Assembly: GCA_036172245.1 (NCBI GenBank)
Contig: JAYWIR010000035.1
Span: 2,046,001 to 2,110,000, forward strand
Source of the DNA: Raillietiella orientalis
Lineage: Eukaryota
Direction: 5' to 3'
DNA: 64,000 bases
In this document: positions 46,969 to 59,540 of the stretch, piece after piece
How the letters are laid out: each line of letters starts with the position of its first letter
Numbering within the stretch: the stretch's first letter is position 1
The notes under the pieces: model-generated
Databases searched by the model: none
Told to the model about the DNA's origin: nothing
What the model saw: only the letters and a program-made list of their open reading frames with translations
Translations under genes and position numbers: made by a program

Positions 46969-49900
46969 TGTTCACAAATGGTACTCTTGCCCTTCTCCGT
47001 ACTATTCTACTGATCCATATTTTGCCCGTAGAATGCAAGATGCTCGCACTATGCTGTTTGGGAGGGAATTCATTTTGAAGGCAACTGGTTGCATTTCACT
47101 ATGGACTCATTTGCATTGCAATATCGCGAGCATGTGCACCATAGAGGAGTTGGTAAGTGATGTGGCACTTACAGTTTCCGCTGCTGCCGCTGCTGAATGA
47201 GGTGCTAGTGCCTTCGTTGCATCTGTCTTGTGGTGGACATGGGAACTCGAACTGGCTGACCTTCCGAGAAACAGGAGACTTTCATTTGGCTGTCCTAACA
47301 CCGAGAGTGCATGTCTGGTGTTTTTTTTTCACGTTAGCGGTAACATCCTGGTGCTCCTTTCTGACTGAAGCGCTCCTCAGGAACTCATTGCAAGCTACCT
47401 TGCAACTCTGGTGCCCTCTTCTGCTAAATTGGTCACTAAGTTTCCGCAGTTCATGATTATAACTCGGTCTTCCGCCAATTCTTTCATGTTCCAGACTTGT
47501 CAAGAGTGCTGATGAGTCAGAAGGCGTTTTCCGAGAACAAGATGAAACAATGACATGCCCAATTTCCAACTGTTCCTTACAATCGGCCTCAACAAGCAAC
47601 CTGTTGTGACCTTATAATGGTGGACTCCCATAGGATTCTCCTTCCTCCAGCTTCTAAGGAACGTCTGGCTGCTCTCCGATTACACTTGAATTGTTTTCAA
47701 TGTTGATGAAGGTGGCAGTATTTTTTTTTTCTCATCAGTTCTTCTCAAGAGTCTCAAACTTCTAGATTTTGGAGGACTAGTCCCTCAGAGGAGGTGCAAA
47801 TGAGCTGTAGGTCAGTCGCCTTCCCAAGTGACTATCCAAGCAGATCTGGGCTGCAGAATCTCCAGCAAAACAAACACGTGCCGTGCTTCTGGAAATGCTT
47901 CTCCTCGGGACGATGACTTCGCGAGCTGCGGAACTATACCACAGTTCGATACCCTTGCTTAATCTGATCCTGATTCTACAAACCAGCTACAAGAGAATTC
48001 TCTTAGGAAACGCCATCAGCGAACCAACAGACACGTTTCTGGAAGAACTTTCCCTTTTCTGTGGAAGATCCTGCCTCTCATTATCGATGCGTTGTGCACT
48101 GTTCATCTCCCGATCTGCTCTGAAAGTACATGAGATCAGAGTGACCCTCCTTTCTAGCGGTCTTTGGGCACTTACATCCAGCTGATCTTCAGAGCTGTGA
48201 CCCGAGGTCGCACGTTTCTCGACCGAAGACTCGGATTCGAAAAATCTGTTCTCTGAGATATTCAGGGGATCTCCTCCAGAGGGAAACCAAAGAATCGCCT
48301 TGATAATCTATACAACATCTACCGTTAAATATTCATTATCTTACACATGACTTTTTATTTAACCTATCAACATTAATGTTAATTTCACTATTAAACAAAA
48401 TGTATTTAGCGCCTCTAAAATGCTCACTTAAATATTTAATACAGAAGCGTTGCAGAGCTTATTTTCGGGTGCCTCAGAGGACTTGCTTGTTTTTCTTTGA
48501 GTGTCATTCTTACCTGGACGTTGCAAGCATGAGATGGTCCGAGTGGCAGGATTCCGTGCAGACCAAGAAGTCTGATGCCCAGATGTGGAAACGGCGTCAC
48601 TGCTTGACCAAGAAATCAATATGGATGATGATTTCTTCTCTCTTCCTCTTGGACCACCTGGATGCACGCCTTCCATTCTCCTCTTTTGTTCCCACCATCT
48701 AAAAGAAGGAAAGAAAAGCGGCGAGTTCGTTGGAAAAGTGAGCTTTTGGAGCCATGAGGTCTGATCAAACTCTTCTCCCAAATGTTTCTTTCTCTCTCTC
48801 TCTTTCCCTTTACGAAGACATAGCAAGTGGGAGAGAAACCTCCACCATAGACTCTTGGCATCCCGTGAAGCCTTCACCTCACCGCACTAGGAAACTACCT
48901 TTGTCAAAATCCTAGAATGGCTGGAAGTAGGGAGCCAGGCATCGGTGATGTGGTGGAGGAGCCGTAGGGAGCGGTTCTCCCGCCTCTTGTACTGCCGAAG
49001 CCGAGAGGGCAAGAAGAATCACTGGACGGATATCTGGTATACAACATGGGAAAGCATCTTACTCTCTATCCTTAAGAGAAGGGATGAAGCAAGATTCCCT
49101 TGTCCATGTTTGCCGTGTCATATCCTCATGATTTGAACTAGAAAAATAGTCGACAGTGGACTGACTATGAGGCTGGGCTGCTTCCCCTGTTTCTCCAGAC
49201 TGCAGAGACTCCTCGAGTATAAACTGGTCACTGGTGGACTTTGTGAGTGCGCAAAGAAGGAGAAAGGTTCCTCACTCTGCTGCGGCATGAACAAGTTATT
49301 GTTCATGTTTTTGTCATACATTGATCTAAACTTGTTGAACAAGTTATTGAACGCAAAGCGAATGCCTTCCCCCCCCCCCCCCCCTCCCTGCACAAGAAAA
49401 CGGTATTCTTCCCAATTCAGTCTCAAAACAACTAGAACGCACGAAAGGCGAGCGAGAGATACCTGATCAACGAGAGCGGCCCCGTGTTCCTGGATGTGGA
49501 TCAGGAACCGGGGGTGCCGATGGATCGAGATCAGCGGGTACTGCCACGTAAGCCTTCTTACAGGATGTGTGTTTGCTTCCAACGAGATCTCCGCTTCCAC
49601 TCTTACTTGACGATCTTGATGTTTCGCATGCTCCTGCGGGAGAGCTGTCTCGACCAAGCATGCAGGAGCACGGATGGGGTTTTCACGTCATGATCTACTC
49701 CTGCCCTTGAATTTATTCCTCCTTAAACCGACTCGAAATACTCTCATGCGGTGGACATGGAAAAGGAAATTCGAAAAGAGAAAGAAGAGGTAGTCTTCTC
49801 ATCATGACGAACCTGAGGTCGTTTCTTTGTGGAAAATGAAGCTCATGTTTTTTCCAACCTCTGGACATTCCTTCGCTCGCTTTGTATGTCTTCATTTTTC

Positions 49901-51659
49901 GCAAAGAGCTTCTAATGAATTGGCTCGTGACCGAGGACGAGAGCTTCCTTTCTCAGGGTATGCCAGCACTCCAGAAAATGTACCACAAACTTGAGACTAC
50001 AGAAAATGACCTTTCCCTCTCAGGATCAAGATGACTTCGAGACTGAGTGCTTACCATATTTGGAAAGTTGATCTTAGAGACGAGTTTGCAGGATGTTGAG
50101 ATGAGACTCTCGACTGAAATTTTATGAGAAGCTAATTTCCTTTTATGGCAATCCTTGCTTATCTCTCACTATCCATCTGCTAGAAGATAACGGGCTCAAC
50201 ATCGTCAAGGAAGATCAAAATGTGGAGTAAGAGCTCTTTATCCTATTCATCTGGAAGAAGGGTTATTATCTCAGTAATGATAGGAAAATCTTGATTAGCG
50301 ATGGAAAGAGATCTACGAACGAAGCAAAAGTGTTGACCTTGGACGATATGCTCATCAGAAGTCACGTTGACTGATGAGTATGAGATCAGTCTCAGATGCC
50401 TCGCACATCTTTTTTCCTTGAGCATCATGCTGATCTGTTCATTAAAGATGACCTCTAAGACCCTCTGCAAGTATGCGACGGCGAACGCGTCCCGTCGTGT
50501 CCACGGCTGTGGCAATCGAAATTGCTGGAAGACGCTCGCGTGGATTGCAAACTCCTGGTCAAGTCAGCACTCTTCCTTCTGATTTTCCCACGCGGAAGTA
50601 GCGTGAATTTCCCATGCGCTGGGATTCGAGATCCTCAGTCCCTGGGAAAGTATCCAGTTTCCATTTTATGGAGTCCCGCTGACCGTTATTCGCGGCATCT
50701 CCGGATCCTGCCGTCTCTGGTGAGCACGACTTCCGTTGCGTTGCTATGCATTCTGCACGGACGCAGAGATCGTTTCCGTGATTTGAACACCGTCAATAGG
50801 CTGATTGCTAGTGACTCGGAGAGCTCGCAGAAGAATGGTGTGCTCAGCAATCAGGTGTATTCTTAATGTTTCCAACCTACTGATACTAGACTTTAAGTGG
50901 TCTTTAGCTCTCTTGCTTCTTTAACTAGCTCACAAGGAACGATTTTGAGGAAGAACGATGAGTCGTTGAGGGTTTTTGCCCCTCTTCACGCAAAATGCAG
51001 TCCAACAATTCGGTTTGTCTCCATGGAATAGTAAGATGGCACCGTATAATGACCTGGCATTGGTTACAATAACAGCTCTTTCCAGTAGTACCACTCCTTG
51101 TTACTTCTCCTCACGAAGGCGATCGATCGACCTCTGGAGAAATGCTCCTGGGAGTTCTTCAGGTGGTAGGACAGTTCTGAGTAAAGAGTGTGAGGTGAAC
51201 CGATACAGGTCGCGAATGGGTTAGACGCTGCCGTGGACCATTGCTCCAAGTACAGATCTGCTATTATTCCTGCCTCAGAACCCGTTATAGCATGTTGACG
51301 GAGAATGACCGTTGGATGAGATGAACGACCATCCTAACTACCGGGATATGATTTTTTTTTTTTTTTTAAAAAAAAAAAGGCCAGTAGCGTAGTTACTATT
51401 TGGCCTAGGAAATCCTTGGGGGATCTTTTTCTTCTGTCTTCGCTGCTTTCCTTCCAGCTTTTTTTGTATGTTTTGGTTCGCTAAGTACCTCAGAGCCGGT
51501 CGCGTGCCTCGTGGGGCAGTGGCTCTTTTAAACACAGTTTCCACCTCTCCCCTGCGACAAACCCGCAGGGGGGAGGCGTGTAATTCTTCAGGATAGGCAA
51601 CCCGGGATGGAGAGTCCGCCCTATGAATCCAGGAAGGGCTCGGGAGTCCGTTCCTCTCA

Positions 51660-51958
51660 CGCTTGGGGGGATCCCACCCGGACGGGAAGGATCGCACCTC
51701 CCACCCTGGTCGTCTCCGAAAGGGAATCCCGAAGGGGATCTGCTTCCACATTCTCTCCGGAGGGACCACTGAAACCCGGAAGGGGGGTGGATGGTCCTCT
51801 CCATTGCAACTTCTCCGAAGGGAACCCGGAAAGGATCCGCTAGTAGGAATTTCTTCCTAGTAGGAATTCCTTCTCCGGAGGGAGCCCGCAAGGGAACCGC
51901 TCCTGTTCACTCCTCTGAAGAGAACCCCGAAGGGACGCTTCCGTAACTCAGAAGGGGT
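51660..51958. repeat. Degenerate GC-rich minisatellite-like array
   Basis: About five variants of tctccg(a/g)aggga.ccc.gaaggg at ~51714, 51754, 51812, 51872 and 51911. Also an exact ctagtaggaatt duplication near 51840-51868. Confidence 0.65.
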
Positions 51959-54900
51959 GCTGTAGCTTCCTCTTCATCTTGGGCCTCCCTCCGGCTTTAT
52001 CCACCGTCGGTGCCACGCCCGAATGATTAGGCGAACCAGCGCCGTTGCAGGAGAAACTCGGAACCCAACGGCGCAGTGGCGTCAGTTTCTGCCGCAGTAT
52101 TTGAATCCGCGACGCATGGTACCACGCTCGGAAGCCTCAGCCACAAAGCCTCCGACGCGGGCTACGATTTGCGTTTGCGGGTGGCTCGTGACGCATGCAA
52201 ATTGAGACGATCCGATACCAGGAAGACAGGGCACTGGACAGAAACAGATGGAAGGTGATGATGATTTTCTGGAGTTTGGTGGTGATATCAATGATGAAGC
52301 ACGGGTGCACAGATGTAGGCTCCCAAAACCCAAAGAGGAACCTCCAGTGGGGAGCGGCCGTAGTCTCCATGTCTAAAAGAGACCCGAACTCCGAGGTCAG
52401 AACCGAAGTCCGTAACAGTCGCTTTCTCGGACCCCACGGAGCTCGTTCGCGAAGGTTTTTCTCCTCAGGACACCACGGAAAACCAACTGTTCCTCCTGCT
52501 TGTTTCAGGAAAGTCAAGGCCGCAGCTGGAGTGCAGCGACTCGACAGAAAAGTTTGCACCCGCAGACTCTCCTGCCCGCACAGCACTACAGTTGGAAATT
52601 TCCAGACGAAAAGTGACGGAAGAGCTTCTTCATTCCCTCTGACTTTTGATTAAGGAAATCCCCATTTCATCCATAGAAACTAACGTAAAAGGAGTTCGTT
52701 CTGGAACAGAAACCTTCTTTCGAAAGCAGGCGAACTCATTTTGAATGACCAGGCTGAAAGGGCTGTACGGTTTTTGCAACGGAGATGGGGCCGTTGCACA
52801 GAAGTCCAAGGAAAGCAATGTGAAGGGAACAGTGTAAGAGTTTCAGATATCAGTCAATTAGAATATTTTTCTTCTGATTTCATCACCACCACCTTGTGGT
52901 GCTCAAAGAAACGCATTGATCAAAGGAAGTGGAACCGAGATGAGTCCACAGCCTATGCACGGATTCTCAGCAGCACTGAGACCAGACGGCTTGAGGCGGA
53001 CTGCGAGCTATCTGATTTTTCTCCCAAGGGCTCTCAATATGGAATCTGATTATTGCCAGAAACCGAAATCAACGAAATTCGTGCTGTTTCAGCTACTGAG
53101 GACTAGATTTGAGGAGCTGACCAAGCCATTTCAAGATCTCCCTAAAAATGAAATATTCCGTCAACTTTCGTATTCCTTGGTGAACTCCAGCAATATCTGG
53201 TGTTCTGGAGTGAGGCAAAGTATCCAAAGAAGCGAAATCACCTTGGACATCCAGGGAACAGGAGAATAGGCGACGGGTTACTCTGTAAGGATTCTTCTGC
53301 GATCTGTGTCCATTTTGGATTCCTCACGACCGAAAAGGCATGCTTGAAACATGAAGCCTCTGCACCAATCATGTGTCCCTGCTGCTGAAGCGAAAGAATG
53401 GGTTGATCTATCGATCAGAAAAGCAGAAAATAAACCAAATCAGTCCATTAATGTTTCAGCGAATCGAGCAGTACATACCGATTTAAATTCATGCCAACTT
53501 AATCATGAGATGGCTTGTCTTATACCTCCGTCTCACCTGTAGATAGAGTTTAGTGACACGGCTGCCACAGCTTGCTCTGTGATAAAAACACTGGAAATTG
53601 GAAGCCTGTATGATGTCTCTTTTGAACTGCCCACCTGTACGTAGATTACCACGAGAAACTGCTACTGATACCCGTTCTCGCTGATGGTTGCAGTTACCTC
53701 GGGTATTGCTTCACACATATGTTGAGTCCCAAGTCATCTGTTTCCGAGGTACATGAATGTCTCCCATCAGTTCTGTGATTCTTCTATGGAATTTCCTTCC
53801 ACTCATGAAGATTTTCGTATGCAAGAATAATTCCAAACGGGTGTTGAAGAGTGCATGCAAATACCAAATTTCTATTATCTTGCATCTTGTATACTAAGGG
53901 TACTTGCAAAAAGATCGTTCGAAAGTTTACCATAGTTGTTGTACGTGTATGTTTTCGGTGGAGAGGGGGATGGAAGAGAATGGAGAAGAACAATTGCTTA
54001 TTCAGAGAACGAGATCTTAATCTGGTCGTTATTCGAATGAACCACCGGGAAAGCTTCCAAATAGTTCCGTGTAATCCCATGGCTTTCGCAGACTGCTTGG
54101 GATCACACAATCACTTTCTGCACACCTCCCCTTCATGTAGTCTTCCCAGCTAGATCCTCATGCTGTATAAGATGAAGCAAAATACCAAACCACTAATGAG
54201 TCATATTTTCTTATTGTGAAACTTCAGGTGCCTCTCAATTCAGAAGGCAGCAAGGTACAAACGAGATACTGTTAGTAACTTCATGGGATAATTCTGCAGC
54301 CTGAATGGAAAGCGGCAGTTTAGCTCTCAAAAGTGATGGAATGAGCACTATAACTCTGCTTCTGTGGGTGAGACAAACCAATGGAATGTGCACAAAACCT
54401 GGAAAACGTCTTTCAATGAAGAGAGTTGGATATTCATGGATCTTCTTTCTGTTTGTCTTCCAGGGTGCTTCTCTGCACTTCCTATGGATTCTGATCTCAC
54501 TTTTGTCTTCGGTTCCACTTACATAAAGTCCATACTAACACCATATAATGTACATTGATCTAAAAGACACCCAAAAGAACTCGTACTGCAGAACTTCTAA
54601 AGTTGAAGTCCCTTTAGACTCCTGCAAATTGCGCTCTTGCTGTCATGTTTGATGAGATTTGATTCCACAACAAAGATTATGAATACCTCATGTGTGACCA
54701 TACACATTCTGCAGCGTAGCTAAATAAGTCCGACTTGAAAGCTTTCAATAGCACACACATAAATACTACTAAGAGAGGTCCATTACTGTCACAACGAAAC
54801 AAATTGATGATGCTTGATGAAATGACTTTTAACTCTTAATTTTCTTGAACTGCTTAAGGAAAATGTCAATCTACTGATAAAAATGCATGGATCAAATTAC

Positions 54901-57900
54901 ATTGAAAGCGCTCTAGACTTGCAAAACTGTGTGATCCACGCTAATGAATATCCACATTCCTTGGTGGGCGACCACGGTTCCAACTAAACTGACTGATATT
55001 CCACCACACAAACTCCTTTTAAATGCTATATCAAATACTGTGAGGCAGTTTTTTTCGGCTTGGCATTCTCAGAGTTTTATTTTGTCATCAGTCTTCCTTA
55101 TTTCATTAACTAAATCACTTGCGCTTCCCAAGAATTCCACAAGAAATCCATGCGAAGTTCAAAGCATGTCTACAGATACTAGTCTCAATTTATGAGACCT
55201 CAGTTATCATGCAATACATCTCCATCTTCTTCCTTCGGAAAATGGATAAGAACGCACAATGTTGTACACAAGCTTTATAGATAGCATGAAAGAAGTAGAA
55301 TAGATCCGTTTGTACACAAATCAACAAAATTGGTATTTCTGCCATTAGAAATTGATCAACGAGAAGGGTAGGAAGAGAAGCTGGAAAATTCTTCATCACA
55401 TCAAGCAAACTTATATAAAATTTCAGTTCAGTTTGCAATTTGCAGTTCATGAACACAATTAATAAGACATCAAAGGAGGGGCCCTTCATATTCTTCCGGG
55501 TCACCTCAACTGTCCATCAGGGGTAATTTTAACAATTTGACAATTATATTGTGCAACAAACTCATAAAAGTATATATTATTTAATTAGAAACAGTCATGT
55601 TGCATTTAACGACAATATAACTTAGAAATACAAAGTAAAGCATGCTTCTAGTGATCGATACCATACATGCAACATACTCATTTAACTTCGCTCAATTTGG
55701 TATGGATGTAAAAGACAAGCAAACTATTTTATAAAAAATATTTTTTGTTTATAAGAAGAAAATCGATTGAGAGTTTGAGCCTTTCATCATTTATAAAATG
55801 AATACAATCAGGATCGACATTTCTGCTTGAATTTGTCACATGTGCTATTCAAAGGAGAAATGTGTAAACGGTAAAAAAATAATGTACAGTATTTAATTAT
55901 TTCTTTCTTACAGTTTTCGGATTTTTCATTTTTTTTGTCACTAATCTAAAGGAGCATGTGGAGTTCTCATCTGACTTCCCACTTTTTCCTCAAGTCAACG
56001 GCATGACAATACCCAGGGTAAACCCATCCCACGTATTCCATGCATAGGACGACATCAGTTCTGATGCACGAAAATCACCGAGAGAACGCCAAGACGTTTT
56101 CTCACAAAACCAAACGCATCACCAGTAGTCGATAATTTCTACAAATTATCATCTAAATTAGCTTTGAAGGACATCTTTCTATTCACATCAAACGTGACAT
56201 TAGTAGATAGCAAGTATGACTTAGAGAACATCTTGCTTTCTCGAGCTAATCTATTCCAAAAAGCACTGAAGTTAACCTGAACGTAATAACATCAATGTGG
56301 TGTCATTTTGGGTCTCGAACTAAGCAGATGAGAACATAAGTTTCGACCGTATCAAGTCGGTAATGAATGAAAATCAACTTTGATAACTAAAAAATCCACC
56401 GACAATCTACTGAAGAATAAACAGACTCTTTATGAAACATAAATTCTTGAAGAACGTCCAAACAGCTGCAGGGCTGCAAATTACATAACAGACGGAGATA
56501 CAATATATATTATTCAGTCACTGTGCAGTCCACTCAATTCAGTGCCATGCAGTTACATCTGATGAATTCGAGGGCCATCTTCTGAAAACGACGAAGACGA
56601 TGGAGAATTTGTAGAAAGGAGGATGTCATGTTCAAAAGCAAAGGGAAGCGTCAGGATATAGTGGTAATGAACAGGGAAGACAATGATGACAGCTTGTGAC
56701 ATGAAGATTGTGAAAGGAAACTTAAGAGACTGGCATTATGTTAAAATGAGCTTTCCGAATTCAAAAAGCCATGGCAATGAGGATGGCCAAACGAAGATGG
56801 CATTAGGATTCCACTGCCGTTTGTTTTCTTGTATCTACGTTCTTTTAGTGAAATACTTGGGAGCGTTTTTTGTATTTTGAATTTTTCGAATAAAAGAATT
56901 CTTTCAGAAGATTATCGGAAACAAAATTTTGTATTTGAGATCACTCAGAAAAAGAAGAAATGGTACCCATTCATCTCAGTAAATCGGTTGAGTTTTCTTT
57001 CCTCGATGTGAATGAACTACTAGAAGCATTCTGATGCTTTCACGTAAAGTAGGATCATCTGGCTAGAGAAGCCATTGCGAACCATCTAATTATCTTTCAC
57101 AATGTAGCTTTTTTAAGTTGTAGATTTTATTCGTTTATAGATTCTTGCATGTTCGTTTTTGATATGCGTGTGACTGGTTTGTTTCCACTGACTCAAAGTG
57201 GAGACGGCACAGTTACAGCAGAGTATATGGACAGAATTTTTTTTTTCTTTTGAATCAAAACAAGGACTCTTGTGTGAAGCATATCTGTAACTCAAGTCTT
57301 GCAAACGAATCTTTGTAGTCCAAATGAAAATTGTGTTCTGGGAACGAATTGCAGCACAGTATGACCATTGTTCACAGTTCAAGAATATGAAAAACTTTTA
57401 TTTATTGAATCAATTTAAATGTTGTTCCTGCTAAAGTGAAATCTGCAGAGTGAAAATTCCTCCTAATGTTCATGCTAATGAATATTACAGAAAAAGGTAT
57501 CCATGATAAAAGGAAGAAAAGGGCAGTGGTAGTTCCACAATCAGCCAATTCCCGCAATAACGTTCATGTCAGATGTCTAGAAAGGATCAAATCGAAGAAA
57601 TCCGCGTGACAATATGAATATTCTTACATAGAGTCGAATAAAGAGTAGCTAAAAGCAATTCAGTAATTAACTGTCACAACAGTGAACAACAACTTGCCAC
57701 AATAGTGAGGTTTCAGCTGATCAAGGCAAAAGTTTGTTTACATGTACTCATTTGGTCTCACCCAAAAAGTGTTCTCAATAATTCGTCCTGTAGATGAATT
57801 TTTTTTTTGCTAAAATTAAGATGACTAGGTCTTCTCAAAATCGATGTCCAAAGGCATATTCGATCAGTTTCCGTTCACTTACTAACCATGCATGTGGAGA

Positions 57901-59233
57901 AAATTAAAACCAAAATTTAATTTGAAATTTTTAGGTGTTCGAACAGCCACGTGAAATGCGAAATTGCCCACAAATTCCAAGCCAAGAATTCACTTTCGTT
58001 GCCTCCAGCCATCCAACCCATGACTGCGCAGGTCGCTCTTCCAGCCGCTACATCAAAGTTCGTATCGAAGAGCTGAGACTCCCGACTTTCATTACCCGCT
58101 TTACAATTATTTTCGTGTTCCATAAATTAAGTTCTTGACTAATTAAAAAATGTAAAATTTTATTGGAATGTAACAAGCACCTATTTGAAGTTTTTTATTT
58201 AACATAAATGCAAGTTTCCGGATTGGAATTTCTCTGTATCTGTATCTACTATCACTTTTTACATGAATCGTAACTTTTCGGATCTTACTATACGCATAGT
58301 TCTTTGTTTTGTTTTGTTTTTTCTAAAGATTACACTCACTTCCAAAGCGTAAACGACAGTAGCTATTCCGACTCCAACTTAAGTTCTATTTGCAAAATAA
58401 AAATAAGTACTCCAAATTTGTGGAGCATAATTAATAAACACTACTTTGTACTGTCTACTTCAATATAAGTTAATGTTCACTACTGTGCTATTAAATCATG
58501 CAATTATTTACAATAAAATCAGTAGTGAATTAAATGCATGAAGTTCTGGAATGTTTTTAAAGGCTACAAACAAAGTTCCATGTGTTACTTGGAATTCTTC
58601 TTTATTAGTTTCTAAAAATTCTTTGGCAATTATCTGACTCCAGGATAATTTGATTCTAATAGATGCTTTCTGCAGAAGCAAGCATATGCAACCAGCATCT
58701 TGCTTTGAGATGCACAGGATACATCATAAAAAAATCAATACATACAAGTATTGTCTCTATCAAATAAACACAACTTGGTACTTATGGCAGTTACTATTCA
58801 CCTAGACTGGCTATACATGTATACATATATACATATGCAGCACATGAATATAAAATTACTTGTTCTCAAATGTCCCCAAATTATCAAGATTATTGATATT
58901 TCACATGCAAAGCCTCCAGAAAATGGACAACCAATATCTAAGTTGATTCACAGAAGGAAACAAAAGCTGTTATGCATACATGCATCTGCCATAAACAGAC
59001 AGAATGCCTATGTAACCAAATAATTGCACTTTCTGATGTGGCTGTGGATCTCTTCTATTGACCCACAGGAAAACTGCACATTGCATAAACACCGGTAGTA
59101 ATTGGGGATCTGATGTGCTTGTTCCAAGTGCTGCAGAAATAACACACCATCCTCAAATCTCTCACAGCACATACAGCATACTTTTTCTATTAATTCCTTA
59201 ATGAAGAGCTACATGGTGAGGCCATCCACTTAC

Positions 59234-59540
59234 CTCGTAGATCAGGTGTACTTGTTGACAGAACATGATCATTGGAATCTATCTGCTGTGATCGTCGAAA
59301 AGCCACTTCCTTTGCCATAACCTGACGTTTGCGCTCAATTAAGTTACAGTTTGAGCAAGGGCAACCACGAAATGGACACTCCTTTTTGTGACCTCTCAGT
59401 GGGATAATTTCACCATGATTCTGGCATTTGCGACATGTTGGCATGCTACGTTTACGAGCTAAAACTTCTTGTTGTGTATTTTCATTCATGCCTGGCACTA
59501 ACATGGGAATGGCCTTTCTATCACCATAAACATTTAGCAT
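59234..59540 (-). CDS. dmrt: DM-domain transcription factor (doublesex/mab-3/DMRT family), DM-encoding exon
   Basis: PTCRKCQNHGEIIPLRGHKKECPFRGCPCSNCNLIERKRQVMAKEVAFRRSQ (~59444-59286) retains all eight Zn ligands. The frame ends at a gtaagt donor (59233, phase 1). A compatible acceptor (tatttctgcag) would start the next exon at 59130. Start codon and orthology are not resolved. Confidence 0.9.

Noticed and set aside
48300..48445. Second NUMT (AT-rich island)
   Set aside because: No mitochondrial hallmark recognised; it lies just downstream of a minus-strand donor-like site (~48513) and may be intronic.
51660..51958. CRISPR array
   Set aside because: Repeats are degenerate with irregular spacing, no cas genes are present, and the context is eukaryotic.
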